A program made the translations under genes and the position numbers. Under the pieces are notes generated by a model, which had not been told where the DNA came from, did not search any database, and saw nothing but the letters and a program-made list of their open reading frames with translations. From assembly GCA_051652385.1 (NCBI GenBank), contig JBOFUD010000535.1:1-48813 (forward strand): DNA of 48,813 nucleotides. The letters are read 5' to 3'. The first letter of the stretch is position 1. Every line of letters begins with the position of its first letter. Positions 10,499 through 19,960 of this stretch are shown in pieces. Origin of the DNA: Flavobacterium sp. (lineage in GTDB: Bacteria; Bacteroidota; Bacteroidia; Flavobacteriales; Flavobacteriaceae).

Positions 10499-11341
10499 AT
10501 GGCAAGAATAGTAAGAGTTCATCAAAAAATATTTGGTTCAGCGGGTGATAATGGGGTTGTTGGGTCAGAATTAGCAAGTGGAACTAACTCCGGCACACTG
10601 AGCAATGATATTGCAGTATTGCAATCTTTAGCAGCTTATACCGATGGTTTAAATTCAGTTACTTTAACGGGAGAGAATTTACCACCTCAAGAAGAAATCC
10701 AAGCGCTTTTTAATATTGATACCACGCAACTAGCTTACTTGTTCCAAGAAGGTATTCCAGAATATGATGATGAAACTACTTATTACAATACTACCTCAAT
10801 TTCTATTGTAAAAAAACCGGGTACAACTGAGCTCTACTATTCTAAAACCGATGACAACCTCGGCAATGCCTTAGCTGATACGGTTAATTGGGGCTTACTC
10901 GGAGATTTAGCAAATATCCCGGATTCTCCTGTTGTAGCAGCCACCGAATCAACAGCTGGTATTGCAGAAATAGCAACTCAAGGTGAAGCTGATGCGGGTA
11001 GTGATGATGCCAGATTTATTACTCCTTTAAAACTTCGCTTCGGTTTTGCCGCCTCTTTTGCCGCAAGTGGATATATTGCCTTTCCAAGTTGGTTAGGAGG
11101 TTGGATTGTCCAATGGGGAACGGCAACAGGAAGTTGGGCACACAACTCATCACAAAGCGCCAATTTTCCAATCGCATTTCCAACGGCAAGCTACAGAGTT
11201 ATTATTGGTAGCCCAAATACAGCGGATGCAGGTAATTGTGGAATAAGTGCGAACACTACTACAAATTTTACTTTTCGGGTAAATAACTACACAGCAACAA
11301 CTCAAACATACACAATCCAATTTTTAGCAATAGGTAAATAA
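10499..11341 (+). CDS. Tail fibre protein (gp53-like C-terminal domain)
   Basis: LAYLFQEGIPEY; ATES.AGIAEIATQ.E..AG.DD..FITP repeat; GY..FP...G.IVQWG...FPIAFP...A.GK C-terminus. Confidence 0.85.
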   Translation: MARIVRVHQKIFGSAGDNGVVGSELASGTNSGTLSNDIAVLQSLAAYTDGLNSVTLTGENLPPQEEIQALFNIDTTQLAYLFQEGIPEYDDETTYYNTTSISIVKKPGTTELYYSKTDDNLGNALADTVNWGLLGDLANIPDSPVVAATESTAGIAEIATQGEADAGSDDARFITPLKLRFGFAASFAASGYIAFPSWLGGWIVQWGTATGSWAHNSSQSANFPIAFPTASYRVIIGSPNTADAGNCGISANTTTNFTFRVNNYTATTQTYTIQFLAIGK

Positions 11342-11342
11342 T

Positions 11343-11876
11343 ATGACATACAAAATAAACTACGATTCGCAAACAACTTTGGTTTTAGGGAAGTATCCTT
11401 CCACACTTTACCAAAACGCACCAGAGCCAAATATTGAAATTTCTGACGCAGAATATAAAAGAATTTTTGGTGATGGATTATTCCAAACGCCGTGCGTTGT
11501 CAATGGAATTATTCAAGAACTCGTAAGATCGGATAGTGAAATTTTACAAAAAGCTAAAGCCCTCAAACTTGCACAAATAACCCCAGCAAGAGATGCTTTT
11601 ATGTATGCTGATATTGAATATAATGGCTCAATTTTCACTAACAGCCAAGTTTCAGGAAATAATATCACAAGTGCTTTGGCAATAATGGGAACTTCTATTA
11701 ATTGGTTAGACACTTCTGGCAATTTGGTTGTTATGACTAAAACTCAATTAAAAGAATTGGGCGCATTAATTATTGATAAAAGAAACATTGGATATTTCCA
11801 AGAGGCGAATTTAACCAATCAAATTAACGCCTGCACAACTATTGAACAAGTTAACGCAATTAACATAACTTTCTAA
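11343..11876 (+). CDS. Tail fibre assembly/chaperone (DUF4376-like)
   Basis: AK..KL.QI...RD, INWLD..GN, QINACTTIEQVNAI; follows the fibre. Confidence 0.7.
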   Translation: MTYKINYDSQTTLVLGKYPSTLYQNAPEPNIEISDAEYKRIFGDGLFQTPCVVNGIIQELVRSDSEILQKAKALKLAQITPARDAFMYADIEYNGSIFTNSQVSGNNITSALAIMGTSINWLDTSGNLVVMTKTQLKELGALIIDKRNIGYFQEANLTNQINACTTIEQVNAINITF

Positions 11877-12259
11877 TGGCATCAATGGACCCAAGTGGGA
11901 ATATCACCTGCACCAACAATACAACTTTTGTCCTTAACACGGTTTTTTATGATGAAAACAGGAATCTTATTGATTTAACTGGCTTCACTGCAAAGATGCA
12001 AGTTAAGACCTCGGATGGATGTTCTGAAGGTGAAGAAGGGTGCCCAAAATTAATCCTAGAATTGTCAACAGAGAATGGCAGAATAGTTTTAGGTGGAGCC
12101 GCTGGCACTGTTAATTTCATTGTTGATGAAGCAGTTATGTCACCAATATCTTGCGGAAGATATTTTTATGATTGTATTATTGATACCGGAAGCACAAAAA
12201 TTGATTATTTTAAGGGGGTTAAGAACTTCATTATTCAAGGGGGGATAACTGGTGAATAA
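11876..12259 (+). CDS. Beta-sandwich fibre adaptor protein
   Basis: IDLTGFTAKMQVK...LELSTENGRI...G.Y.YD motif, commonly found upstream of accessory fibres. Confidence 0.6.
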   Translation: MASMDPSGNITCTNNTTFVLNTVFYDENRNLIDLTGFTAKMQVKTSDGCSEGEEGCPKLILELSTENGRIVLGGAAGTVNFIVDEAVMSPISCGRYFYDCIIDTGSTKIDYFKGVKNFIIQGGITGE

Positions 12260-15200
12260 TATTATTCAGGTATCAGCTCCAACAAACCAGATCATTATTA
12301 ATCAAACTAATAATACTGTTGAAGTAATTCAGACCTCGAATCAAATTATTGTCCAAAATGTAGGCATTCAAGGTGCAAAAGGTGATGGAACTATCATATC
12401 AATTAACACCCTAGAAGAACCAGATCAATTCATAGAAATTGGAACAGATGGTGATGATTTTAACATAGTTTCTGCTGGAGATACTCACACTATAAATATT
12501 CCAACTGCCTCTGTTTTTAAATTAAGAGGGCTATTAAGTGCTGACGATTGGGAAATGTTTAATTCAAAACAAAACCAACTGGAATTCACCCCAGAAGACG
12601 AGGCAAATAAAGCAATTGATTTTACAACTGTTAATAACACTCTTTATCCTTCAGTTCAGGCAGTTCAAACTGAATTAGACCTAAAAGCTGATGAGACTTC
12701 TTTACAAGCTCATATTGATGATTTAAACAATCCCCACGCAACCACAAAAGAACAGATTGGTTTAGGAAATGTTGACAATACAAGCGATTTAGATAAGCCA
12801 ATAAGCACCGCCACTCAAACAGTTTTAGATACTAAAGTTGATGAAATAAATATAACTGCTGGCTCCTTAGGCTCTCCTTCTAAAACTCCTTCTATCACTT
12901 ATAATGAACAAGGGCAAATTACTACTGCAAGTGAACAAGATATTCAAATTGCACAAAGCCAAGTTGACAATTTAACAACTGATTTATCTGGAAAAGAACC
13001 AACCATTACAGCAGGCGCAACCTCTCAATATTACAGGGGTGATAAGACTTTTCAAACTTTAGACACAAGTGCCGTTCCTGAAAATACTAATTTATATTTC
13101 ACTGAAGGTAGAACAAGAGCAACTGATTTAACTGGATTAAACATTACTGGCGGCTCTATCTCATCTTCTGATTCAATCCTCAATGCTTTTGGAAAAGTTC
13201 AGAACCAAATTAATGGGCTGATTGGTGGAGCTATCTATCAGGGTGTTTGGAATGCAACAACTAACTCCCCAACTTTAACTCCAAGTGTTGGCACCGCTGG
13301 ATATTATTATATTGTCAATGTAGCTGGTTCAACAAACCTAGATGGAATAACTGATTGGAAAATTGGCGACTGGGCAATATTTGATGGAACTGTTTGGCAA
13401 AAAGTTGACAACACTGACGCTGTTTCCTCTGTTAATGGATATACTGGAGCTGTTAATCTTACAACCGCTGATATTCCTGATTCTTTAAATAAAAGATATG
13501 TAAGTGATGCTCAATTAACAGTTTTAGGAAATACAAGTGGAACTAATACAGGCGATAACGCCACAAACACAACCTCAAATGCTTACGCTGATGCAAAAGT
13601 TGCTGATACTATAAATAATGGAATAACGACTATTGCACCTTCTCAAAATGCGGTATTTGATGCTTTAGCAGGAAAGCAAGACCAAGGCAATCTGTTAGAC
13701 TCAATTTCCACCCTTTCTGGGAATGGAATTATTGTAAGACAAAACGGAAATGATGCAGAAACAAGAAGTATTGTCGCTGGCTCTTCTAAAATTACAGTTT
13801 CAAATGGAAGTGGTGCTTCTGGCAACCCAAGTATAGATTTGGGCACTGTTGCAATCGCAAATATTACGGGACTTCAAACAGCTTTAGATGGCAAACAAAC
13901 CACAACCCTAACTTTTGGGAATATTCTAGTCGGTAATGGCTCAAACCTTGCCGCTTCAGTTCCTGTGTCTGGTGATGCGACAATGGCAAATACAGGGACT
14001 TTAACTATAGCCAATCAAGCAATAACTTATGCTAAATTTCAACAAATTCCACCTTACAATTTAATTGGAAACGCCTTCGGTTCTAATAGTGTCCCGCAAT
14101 CCATAACTCTTGGAGTGAGTATGGCGATACAAGGAAGCAATTTAGTTAGAAATGGAATTACTGGCGATGTATCTATTCCAACCAATTCTAACAGTGCAAC
14201 ACTTGCTACAGTAAATACAAATGTTGGATCTTATGGAAACGCAACTCAAACAACTACTTTTACAGTTAATGGTAAGGGATTAATCACGGCGGCTGGACAA
14301 ACAACAATCACCCCAGCAGTTGGATCAATTACAGGATTAGGAACTGGAGTAGCTTCTGCTTTAGGAGTTAATGTCGGAACTGCTGGCTCACCCATAATAA
14401 ATGGTGGGGCTTTAGGCACTCCTTCAAGTGGCGTGGCGACTAATTTAACTGGCGTGGCTTCTGGTTTAACTGCTGGAAATGTGACCACTAACGCTAACCT
14501 TGTTGGCGATGTTACGAGCGTTGGAAATACAACCACTATTGGAGCTTTGAAAGTTCTGGGATCAATGATTGCAAACGCAACTATTGATCTTGTGACAAAA
14601 GTCACGGGTATTCTTCCAAACGCAAACACAACCGCAACTTCTGCCAACACAGCAAATGCAATTGTTTCAAGAGATGTTTCAGGAGGTTTTTCGGCAGGCG
14701 GAATTAATGCTTCAACAATTACAGCAACTGGTTTAATAACATCAAGTTCACCAGTCACATCAAGCGATGGTTTAGTTATATCTTACAGAGATGCTGGCAA
14801 CGCTGGAATTTCTTATATTTCAGCCCAAAATTATGACACAACATCTACTTCTCACGCATTTACCGAAGCGCAATCTGGGTTAAGTGGTAGTGGTGGTGAT
14901 GCTGGACTAACTGCCGCAACTTCAACTGGTGCTTTTACTTTTGGGATTAATAAAGCGACAGGAAAAATAAATTTAACATTGCTTTACGCAGACACAGCCA
15001 CTGCTCCAGTTATTAGCCTTGATCCTACTACTGCGAATATTGCGCTATCAAGACTTACAGCTTCCACTGCATTAGCTTTAAACGCTTCTAAAAATATCGT
15101 CAGCGTTCCTTACACTTACGGAAAAGTGCTTGGGAATGGCGCACAATTTATTCCCAATGCTTCAAACACCAATTTAACATCGACTTATTGGAACGGAACA

Positions 15201-15524
15201 TCGACAACTAATGGTAATATTTCTTATTCAAACGGCGTATTTACAGTCTCATCCGCAGGATTTTATCAAATATCTGCCAATATGGTTTTCACTAACAATA
15301 GCACAGGAAGCAGAGAGGCATTAATATGGAAGAATAATACCACCATAATTGGATATGTTTGCTTAAATGCAAATTCTTCTGATAGAACAGGATTGAGCTG
15401 TTCGGCAGGAGATTATTTAAACGCAGGCGATTATGTAACGGTGAATGTTCATCAATCTTCAGGCGGAAGTCTTAGCACCGGCACATTATTTGGTGGCACA
15501 TTTTCAATTTTTTTACAAACATAA
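12252..15524 (+). CDS. Long mosaic fibre/adhesin with C-terminal C1q-like domain (GTG start)
   Basis: 1090 aa, T/G/S/N-rich; NPH.TTKEQIGLGNVDNTSDLDKP and YQGVWNATTN..GDW modules; C-term GVFT...AGFYQI...YLNAGDYV.V...TFS. Confidence 0.75.
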   Translation: MNNIIQVSAPTNQIIINQTNNTVEVIQTSNQIIVQNVGIQGAKGDGTIISINTLEEPDQFIEIGTDGDDFNIVSAGDTHTINIPTASVFKLRGLLSADDWEMFNSKQNQLEFTPEDEANKAIDFTTVNNTLYPSVQAVQTELDLKADETSLQAHIDDLNNPHATTKEQIGLGNVDNTSDLDKPISTATQTVLDTKVDEINITAGSLGSPSKTPSITYNEQGQITTASEQDIQIAQSQVDNLTTDLSGKEPTITAGATSQYYRGDKTFQTLDTSAVPENTNLYFTEGRTRATDLTGLNITGGSISSSDSILNAFGKVQNQINGLIGGAIYQGVWNATTNSPTLTPSVGTAGYYYIVNVAGSTNLDGITDWKIGDWAIFDGTVWQKVDNTDAVSSVNGYTGAVNLTTADIPDSLNKRYVSDAQLTVLGNTSGTNTGDNATNTTSNAYADAKVADTINNGITTIAPSQNAVFDALAGKQDQGNLLDSISTLSGNGIIVRQNGNDAETRSIVAGSSKITVSNGSGASGNPSIDLGTVAIANITGLQTALDGKQTTTLTFGNILVGNGSNLAASVPVSGDATMANTGTLTIANQAITYAKFQQIPPYNLIGNAFGSNSVPQSITLGVSMAIQGSNLVRNGITGDVSIPTNSNSATLATVNTNVGSYGNATQTTTFTVNGKGLITAAGQTTITPAVGSITGLGTGVASALGVNVGTAGSPIINGGALGTPSSGVATNLTGVASGLTAGNVTTNANLVGDVTSVGNTTTIGALKVLGSMIANATIDLVTKVTGILPNANTTATSANTANAIVSRDVSGGFSAGGINASTITATGLITSSSPVTSSDGLVISYRDAGNAGISYISAQNYDTTSTSHAFTEAQSGLSGSGGDAGLTAATSTGAFTFGINKATGKINLTLLYADTATAPVISLDPTTANIALSRLTASTALALNASKNIVSVPYTYGKVLGNGAQFIPNASNTNLTSTYWNGTSTTNGNISYSNGVFTVSSAGFYQISANMVFTNNSTGSREALIWKNNTTIIGYVCLNANSSDRTGLSCSAGDYLNAGDYVTVNVHQSSGGSLSTGTLFGGTFSIFLQT

Positions 15525-15526
15525 AT

Positions 15527-16420
15527 ATGGAACTAGCCTTAGAGATACTTCAATTAAAAATACTCGGAAGTGAAATATCCAATCCTCAAGATTGGGTTGA
15601 TAATTTAAACGGATGTGATTTTCCTTTTGAGCAAAAAACTGAAATTGTCAAAAGCAGGGTTAATATCTGCGTGTTAAACTTAAGAAAAGAATGGACAAAC
15701 AAACTAGAAGAAAGAGGTTTTACAATTACAGAACCCACAATTCCAACAACTACACCAGAACCTATCTTTGCAGATTATGAGACCCAAGTTAATAGAGAAG
15801 ATTACGAAACAGACGAGGATTACGAGCAAGCAGTTATCACACAAAATCAAATAAATAATCAAAATTACCAACAAGCTTTCAATGCAGTCAATTTGCAAAA
15901 CAAAGAACTCGAAGATGTTTATTTGGAAGCAAAGCAAGTTGCAGATTTAGCCTTCGCCGAGTTAGTATTTTCTCAGTCAGACTATAAAAGCCAAGCGCAG
16001 AAACAAGCAAAAACCGCGGAACAACTTTTGAAAGAAGCGAAAGAGCAAAAGATTGAGCAGCTAGAAGTAGCTTATACCAATGCTCAACTCCTTAAAGTAG
16101 TCAATGGACATACTTTTTTAATTCCTATCGCTGGTGATTATTTTAATCAAACAATTAGCGGGCAATTTAATGCTGCCGTTGGATTAGGTAAGGCAGCTTT
16201 AATTTACCCTGACATAAATGGTCAAATAGTTTTTGAACCAAAAATTCCTGTTGCAGAGTGGATAAAATTTTATGAACCAGCGAAAGATATTGGAGTTTCA
16301 AATAAACTTTTAAAAACCTATAAAGAACAAGAAATTAAAAATTGCAAAGATTTAGCAACATTAAATTTAATACCTCTAAATATCTTTCCACCAATCCAAG
16401 AAGTAATTTTAGATATATGA
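15527..16420 (+). CDS. Hypothetical protein with a DUF4376-like C-terminus (chaperone of the long fibre?)
   Basis: LLKEAKEQKIEQL...EIKNCKDLATLNLI parallels 11343..11876. Confidence 0.5.
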   Translation: MELALEILQLKILGSEISNPQDWVDNLNGCDFPFEQKTEIVKSRVNICVLNLRKEWTNKLEERGFTITEPTIPTTTPEPIFADYETQVNREDYETDEDYEQAVITQNQINNQNYQQAFNAVNLQNKELEDVYLEAKQVADLAFAELVFSQSDYKSQAQKQAKTAEQLLKEAKEQKIEQLEVAYTNAQLLKVVNGHTFLIPIAGDYFNQTISGQFNAAVGLGKAALIYPDINGQIVFEPKIPVAEWIKFYEPAKDIGVSNKLLKTYKEQEIKNCKDLATLNLIPLNIFPPIQEVILDI

Positions 16421-17067
16421 AACAAGACAAAAAAGCCGTTTTAAATGCGCAAGACTTACAATCTAAAATCAACGCTTTAGACAAGGATAGCTTTCACATC
16501 TTCTATTTTTCCTATCACACCAACTGGCACAATATTTACCACAGCCCTTTAATGATGCTGATTAAAACAGCTTACTGGGTGAAAAGAGAGGTGCTTTTTA
16601 GGAAGGGATTAATAAAAGAAAGATACCCATTGATTGACCATATCTGCCAGAGTTCTCGTTTTATGTTTGATGAAGAAACTGACAACTGGACTTTACAACT
16701 ATTTGAGGCAAATTTTGAGCGTGGAATGGAAACTAACGATGCAATAGATAGATTTAAAAAGATTGATGCAACAATTTACATTGAAACTTTGGGGGAGGTT
16801 GATAAAACTAAAGCTCGATTATTTGAAAAAGAATATTATGGCGTTGCTTATGACAAAGTGAACACAGCACTGTCAGAAATAGATGGAGTAGTTGACAGAG
16901 TAAAAGTGAAACCCAAAGGTGGCTGGTGTTCTTGGCTTTTAAGCTCTTCTTTAATAGATCAAGGCTACAACCTAGGTCACATTGAAAAAGGCAACCCACG
17001 AGAAATGACCCCCGCTGATATTTGGTTGGGGAATTTGGGAGCCAAAAAATTATTTTATAAAAGCTGA
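16417..17067 (+). CDS. Permuted papain-like NlpC/P60 (YaeF/YiiX-type) amidase/peptidase
   Basis: His before Cys: IDHI...EA...G..YD...WCSWLL...TPADI; ATG 16417 preferred. Confidence 0.7.
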   Translation: MKQDKKAVLNAQDLQSKINALDKDSFHIFYFSYHTNWHNIYHSPLMMLIKTAYWVKREVLFRKGLIKERYPLIDHICQSSRFMFDEETDNWTLQLFEANFERGMETNDAIDRFKKIDATIYIETLGEVDKTKARLFEKEYYGVAYDKVNTALSEIDGVVDRVKVKPKGGWCSWLLSSSLIDQGYNLGHIEKGNPREMTPADIWLGNLGAKKLFYKS

Positions 17068-17768
17068 TGAACTTTGGAACCTTAAAAGAACTATTGGAAT
17101 TACTGCCTAAAATCTTTAGTTATTGCAAGGCTCATCGCATTGTCAATTTGGTCAAGATGGGGGTAATGTTGATGATTTTTTATATGTGTTTTATGGAATT
17201 TTATTTGAAAAATAGATATTTCCAAGATGCAAAAAGAACTAATATTATTTCTCAAAAGATTGGTGATATTGTCAAAGAATGCGGAACTAATAGTTTTGTT
17301 TCTTGGTCAACTATCGAAGACACTAGAGCAAGTCTGAGCAAAAAGAAATTAACTTTTAATGATGTTGTTGGTTGTATTGGAAAGAATAAAGACCATTGCC
17401 CTGTTTCTGTTAGATATTCAAACCCAGCCTACCTAAAAGATTATTCTCTAGGATATGATGATTATGACTTCTTAAATAATAGAGATAGTGGAGTAATTGT
17501 TAGATGTGAAATTACAAATGGAGATCCTAATTGCCCAGATCCTCAAAATCTTGGTGATTATTATACTCCAAATGTTCTTAAAGAAATTGTTAAGTCAACT
17601 AATTTAGAACTATCAGAAATTAGCTATGTTATGGTCAAGGACTGGAAACGAAATTTAGTTTATATTTTTACTTTATCATTTGCTAAAAACTCAATAAATA
17701 CTTGCTCAATAAATGGTGGTAATTTACTTTTAGATAATTTAGCTTCAACCGCAATGCAAAACTTATGA
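17067..17768 (+). CDS. Single-pass membrane protein with a Cys-rich external domain
   Basis: Hydrophobic segment at about aa 25-47 followed by a soluble domain with 6 Cys; lysis region. Confidence 0.55.
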   Translation: MNFGTLKELLELLPKIFSYCKAHRIVNLVKMGVMLMIFYMCFMEFYLKNRYFQDAKRTNIISQKIGDIVKECGTNSFVSWSTIEDTRASLSKKKLTFNDVVGCIGKNKDHCPVSVRYSNPAYLKDYSLGYDDYDFLNNRDSGVIVRCEITNGDPNCPDPQNLGDYYTPNVLKEIVKSTNLELSEISYVMVKDWKRNLVYIFTLSFAKNSINTCSINGGNLLLDNLASTAMQNL

Positions 17769-18034
17769 GTGATATTTCAAACATATTTATAGGATTCGGA
17801 GTGATTGTGTTATTTCTTGTTTATGTTAAGTCTGCAATCAAATTTACAGCTAAAGAAGAGCTTTCTAATATTAGAAAGGATTTCACAGTTGCTCTTGATA
17901 ATGCCGTTGCCAGTTTAACAAATGAAATAAAAAGAATTGATGCTCATTGCACAGGCACAGTGAATGATAATGCAAAAAATATTTGTGTAATAGTTAAAAA
18001 CTCAATAGAGGAATATTTTGAAAATAAAAAGTAA
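17765..18034 (+). CDS. Small membrane-anchored coiled-coil protein
   Basis: N-terminal TM segment IFIGFGVIVLFLVYV. Confidence 0.55.
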   Translation: MSDISNIFIGFGVIVLFLVYVKSAIKFTAKEELSNIRKDFTVALDNAVASLTNEIKRIDAHCTGTVNDNAKNICVIVKNSIEEYFENKK

Positions 18035-18545
18035 ATTTATTTTCATTCTTATTTTGTTCACTGGATGTCCAGTTTACGCAGGATTCCAAATAGGAGCGTC
18101 TATCAATTATTTAAACATAAATGATGATTACGAATATAATAATAGCTTTGGCAAGCCTAGCCTTAATTATGGGTATAATTACGCTTACAAACCTCTGGTT
18201 ATCAGTGTAATAACAAATAGACTGGTTAATCAATCAAACAGTGAAAATGTTAAGAGGAACGGACTGACTTTTGAAAGTAAAACAAAAATAACAGCCGATA
18301 CCTTGACTTTGGGTTATCAGTTAAACAGATTCATTCCTTATGTTTTTCTCACAAACGCAGGAGTGGAAAAGAGTCTTTATCGTGATAAATTTTTAGGCAA
18401 AACCGAACAATATTCAATACTAAGCGGCTTTGGAACTACTTATCTTTACAATAAAGACTTTAATTTTAATGCTTCACTCCTCACCCCAAACAAAGAACAG
18501 GGGCTTGAATATGGGGTTAATTTTTCAATAAATTATAATTTATGA
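18018..18545 (+). CDS. Outer-membrane beta-barrel protein (about 8 strands; Lom/Ail-like size)
   Basis: Signal peptide; alternating strands (LNYGYNY, LTLGYQL, IPYVF, GFGTTYLY); C-terminal FSINYNL. Confidence 0.7.
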   Translation: MKIKSKFIFILILFTGCPVYAGFQIGASINYLNINDDYEYNNSFGKPSLNYGYNYAYKPLVISVITNRLVNQSNSENVKRNGLTFESKTKITADTLTLGYQLNRFIPYVFLTNAGVEKSLYRDKFLGKTEQYSILSGFGTTYLYNKDFNFNASLLTPNKEQGLEYGVNFSINYNL

Positions 18546-18772
18546 TTAGTGAATTCTTGCAAGATTCCGATGGACATTTAAGTTCAAAACGACTTGGTTT
18601 TTTAGCTACACTTTTATCAGCTATTATAGCTACTATAACTACTTTAGCTATTTTACTTTGTAAAGAAAAATATATTTTAGCAATTGACTTGATAGATAGT
18701 ATGTGGCTATCTTGCTTTGGATTTGCTGGTGTTGTAGCTAGTGAATTTTTTAGAAGGAAAAAAAATGCGTAA
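18542..18772 (+). CDS. Holin
   Basis: 76 aa, D..G.LSSKR, two TM segments, basic C-terminal tail RRKK. Confidence 0.65.
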   Translation: MISEFLQDSDGHLSSKRLGFLATLLSAIIATITTLAILLCKEKYILAIDLIDSMWLSCFGFAGVVASEFFRRKKNA

Positions 18773-18854
18773 AATAGATAAAGAAATTTTAGCATTAACC
18801 TCTGGCTTTTTATTCACTTTAATTATTTGCAAGATATGTCTAAACTTGGGCTAG
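18765..18854 (+). CDS. 29-aa hydrophobic micro-ORF (not in track)
   Basis: MRKIDKEILALTSGFLFTLIICKICLNLG*; overlaps the holin stop. Confidence 0.35.
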   Translation: MRKIDKEILALTSGFLFTLIICKICLNLG

Positions 18855-19087
18855 GGATTATTGCAATTTGTATCTTATTGGCTACAGTCGCAGCGTGGAA
18901 AGTTGCGAAGTGGAAATATGAGAAAGAAACTTTGCAATGTGAAGTAAATTGCACAAGTGAATTATTAAAAGTCGCCGATCAACAAAAAGAAATTTTTATT
19001 ACTAATGAAAAAATTGTCATCAAATATAAAGAAGTCGAAGAAAAAAATCGTTCTCTTGACATTATTGAGCTTATTGACGCATTGTAG
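18836..19087 (+). CDS. Inner-membrane spanin (Rz-like)
   Basis: N-terminal TM plus coiled coil; overlapped by a lipoprotein-like ORF. Confidence 0.6.
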   Translation: MSKLGLGIIAICILLATVAAWKVAKWKYEKETLQCEVNCTSELLKVADQQKEIFITNEKIVIKYKEVEEKNRSLDIIELIDAL

Positions 19088-19271
19088 AACTAAAATTATT
19101 CCCGTAGATAACCACTGCGTTATTGATAAGCCAATAAGGGCAACCTGTGATGATAAAAAAGCACTAAAAGCTTCCAATATTTCTAAGCCATTTATTGAGC
19201 AAATAGTCAATCACAATGAGGTTTTTTATCACACTTGTAAAATTGAAAAAGTGCAGGAGGTTTGTAAATGA
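19005..19271 (+). CDS. Outer-membrane spanin (Rz1-like lipoprotein)
   Basis: Basic N-term, hydrophobic core, Cys (LLSLLTHC, atypical lipobox); overlaps the i-spanin in another frame. Confidence 0.55.
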   Translation: MKKLSSNIKKSKKKIVLLTLLSLLTHCRTKIIPVDNHCVIDKPIRATCDDKKALKASNISKPFIEQIVNHNEVFYHTCKIEKVQEVCK

Positions 19272-19354
19272 GTGATTTATGGTTCTATCTTTCAGCTCTG
19301 GCAGTTGCGATCTTTTTTGCAATTTTAATACTCTGGGGAATCAATAAAGAATGA
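19268..19354 (+). CDS. 28-aa single-TM micro-ORF (not in track)
   Basis: MSDLWFYLSALAVAIFFAILILWGINKE*; ATGA overlaps at both ends. Confidence 0.5.
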   Translation: MSDLWFYLSALAVAIFFAILILWGINKE

Positions 19355-19410
19355 TTTACTTAGCAATAGCCATGATTGGCTTAATATTTTATATGATTTT
19401 TTCAGAATAA
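19351..19410 (+). CDS. 19-aa single-TM micro-ORF (not in track)
   Basis: MIYLAIAMIGLIFYMIFSE*; ATGA-coupled; stops 1 nt before the endolysin ATG. Confidence 0.45.
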   Translation: MIYLAIAMIGLIFYMIFSE

Positions 19411-19411
19411 T

Positions 19412-19855
19412 ATGCAATCATTAACCCGCAAAAACTTCCAACACGAAGATTTTTTTGTTTCTGAAACAGCTGTCCGTTTAAGAATTGATAATCACACAAC
19501 CGATCCTATTGTTCTTAAAAATCTTTCTTCTACGGCAGATTTGATGCAGGAAGTTAGAGACCTTTTGGGTCAACCAATCAAAATCAATTCTGCGTATCGC
19601 TGTAAGCAAGTTAATGATGCAGTTGGATCAAAAGACACTTCACAACATTTACAGGGTTTAGCGTGCGATTTTGTTTGCCCTAAATTTGGGACACCAGAAG
19701 AGATTGTGAGGGAAATTAAAAAAGCTGGAATTGTCGTGGATCAATTATTTAATGAAGGTTCTTGGGTTCATATATCAAGAAAACCAAAAGGCAACCGAAT
19801 GATGATTGGATTTTACCTTTTGGAAAATGGCAAAAGGAAGTTTAAACCTATCTAA
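19412..19855 (+). CDS. Endolysin, peptidase M15A family
   Basis: INSAYR...N..VG....SQH..G.ACD...WVHIS zinc-binding motifs. Confidence 0.9.
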   Translation: MQSLTRKNFQHEDFFVSETAVRLRIDNHTTDPIVLKNLSSTADLMQEVRDLLGQPIKINSAYRCKQVNDAVGSKDTSQHLQGLACDFVCPKFGTPEEIVREIKKAGIVVDQLFNEGSWVHISRKPKGNRMMIGFYLLENGKRKFKPI

Positions 19856-19875
19856 TATTTTTATGCAAAAATAAC

Positions 19876-19903
19876 TTGCTAATGATTTAAAATTCCATAC
19901 ACT
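19876..19903 (+). promoter_or_regulatory. Candidate promoter for the CCC-motif gene
   Basis: TTGCTA-16 nt-TACACT in the intergenic gap. Confidence 0.35.
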
Positions 19904-19960
19904 TACTTTTATAAGTAGCCAATGACTTATGATTTTTTTAATAATTTAATCATATTTTAT

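Noticed and set aside
10499-15524. Diversity-generating retroelement or invertible fibre cassette
   Set aside because: No reverse transcriptase or invertase, and I noticed no template/variable repeat pair.
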